In this document: positions 63,822 to 64,000 of the stretch, piece by piece
Position numbering within the stretch: position 1 is the stretch's first letter
Layout of the letters: every line of letters begins with the position of its first letter
NCBI GenBank assembly: GCA_020249045.1
Contig: JADCGK010000003.1
Span: 17,077-81,076, forward strand
Reading direction: 5' to 3'
Source: Azospirillum sp.
GTDB lineage: Bacteria > Pseudomonadota > Alphaproteobacteria > CACIAM-22H2
DNA length: 64,000 bases
Made by a program: the position numbers and the translations under genes
Notes under the pieces: model-generated
Told to the model about the DNA's origin: nothing
The model's database searches: none
Seen by the model: the letters and a program-made list of their open reading frames with translations, nothing else

Positions 63822-63990
63822 ATGATGTCGGCTCCGCTCCAATACTGGATTTATCTCGGCGCGATCGTCTTGGCGATCCTGTGGGTCGTCGCGGCGGGCC
63901 TGCGGTCCGACGACCGCACGCGGCGGCGGCTTTCCGCACTCGGCCTCGTGCTGATCGGCACGACCATCGTCTGGGTCGGCGGCCCCTACG
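63822..63990 (+). CDS. 5' fragment of a membrane protein gene (runs off window end)
   Basis: ATG ATG at 63822. The translation MMSAPLQYWIYLGAIVLAILWVVAAGL...LGLVLIGTTIVWVGG is hydrophobic. Confidence 0.3.
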
Positions 63991-64000
63991 CGGCCAAGGC

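Overview
High-GC (~70%) chromosomal segment of about 63,990 nt, most likely from an alphaproteobacterium. The gene content is typical of that class: gcrA, a CckA-like hybrid kinase, an mdh-sucCDAB-lpdA cluster, a split F1 ATP synthase operon atpHAGDC, DUF484-xerC, TRAP dctPQM, and a tesA<->ybbA-ybbP arrangement. The window is dense and almost entirely housekeeping or core metabolism. It contains thrS, the F1 ATP synthase genes, priA, xerC, TCA genes, corA, zapE, cobB, thpR, an aldo-keto reductase, a DevBCA-like efflux system with a TetR repressor, and TRAP and ABC transporters. There is an unusually high density of signalling proteins: three canonical sensor kinases (two of them hybrid), one Cache-type pseudo-kinase, a REC-PAS-like response regulator with a stand-alone paralog of its output domain, PilZ, FIST, an ECF sigma/anti-sigma pair, and an XRE regulator. 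I saw no rRNA, tRNA, CRISPR, transposase or phage genes. ORF starts were checked by reading codons on the printed sequence, and the ORF track evidently allows GTG/TTG starts. Motif coordinates may be off by 1-2 nt; one printed line near 23460 appears to differ by one base from the ORF track. The loci most worth a second look are listed here. (1) A convergent pair of paralogous PAS_5-like domains, one fused to a receiver, next to DUF4394 and PilZ genes. (2) A Cache-domain pseudo-histidine kinase with no phospho-acceptor His. (3) A translationally coupled FIST-copC-copD-AKR operon. (4) A soluble CckA-like kinase plus the gcrA promoter, which carries a perfect DnaA box. (5) A thrS that lacks the TGS domain. 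(6) Several conspicuous palindromic operators: a TetR site, a Fur-like box, and the XRE/cckA intergenic region. (7) A G-tract tandem repeat in the mdh leader. I could not confidently assign a single new multi-gene system; the candidates are reported separately with their uncertainty.
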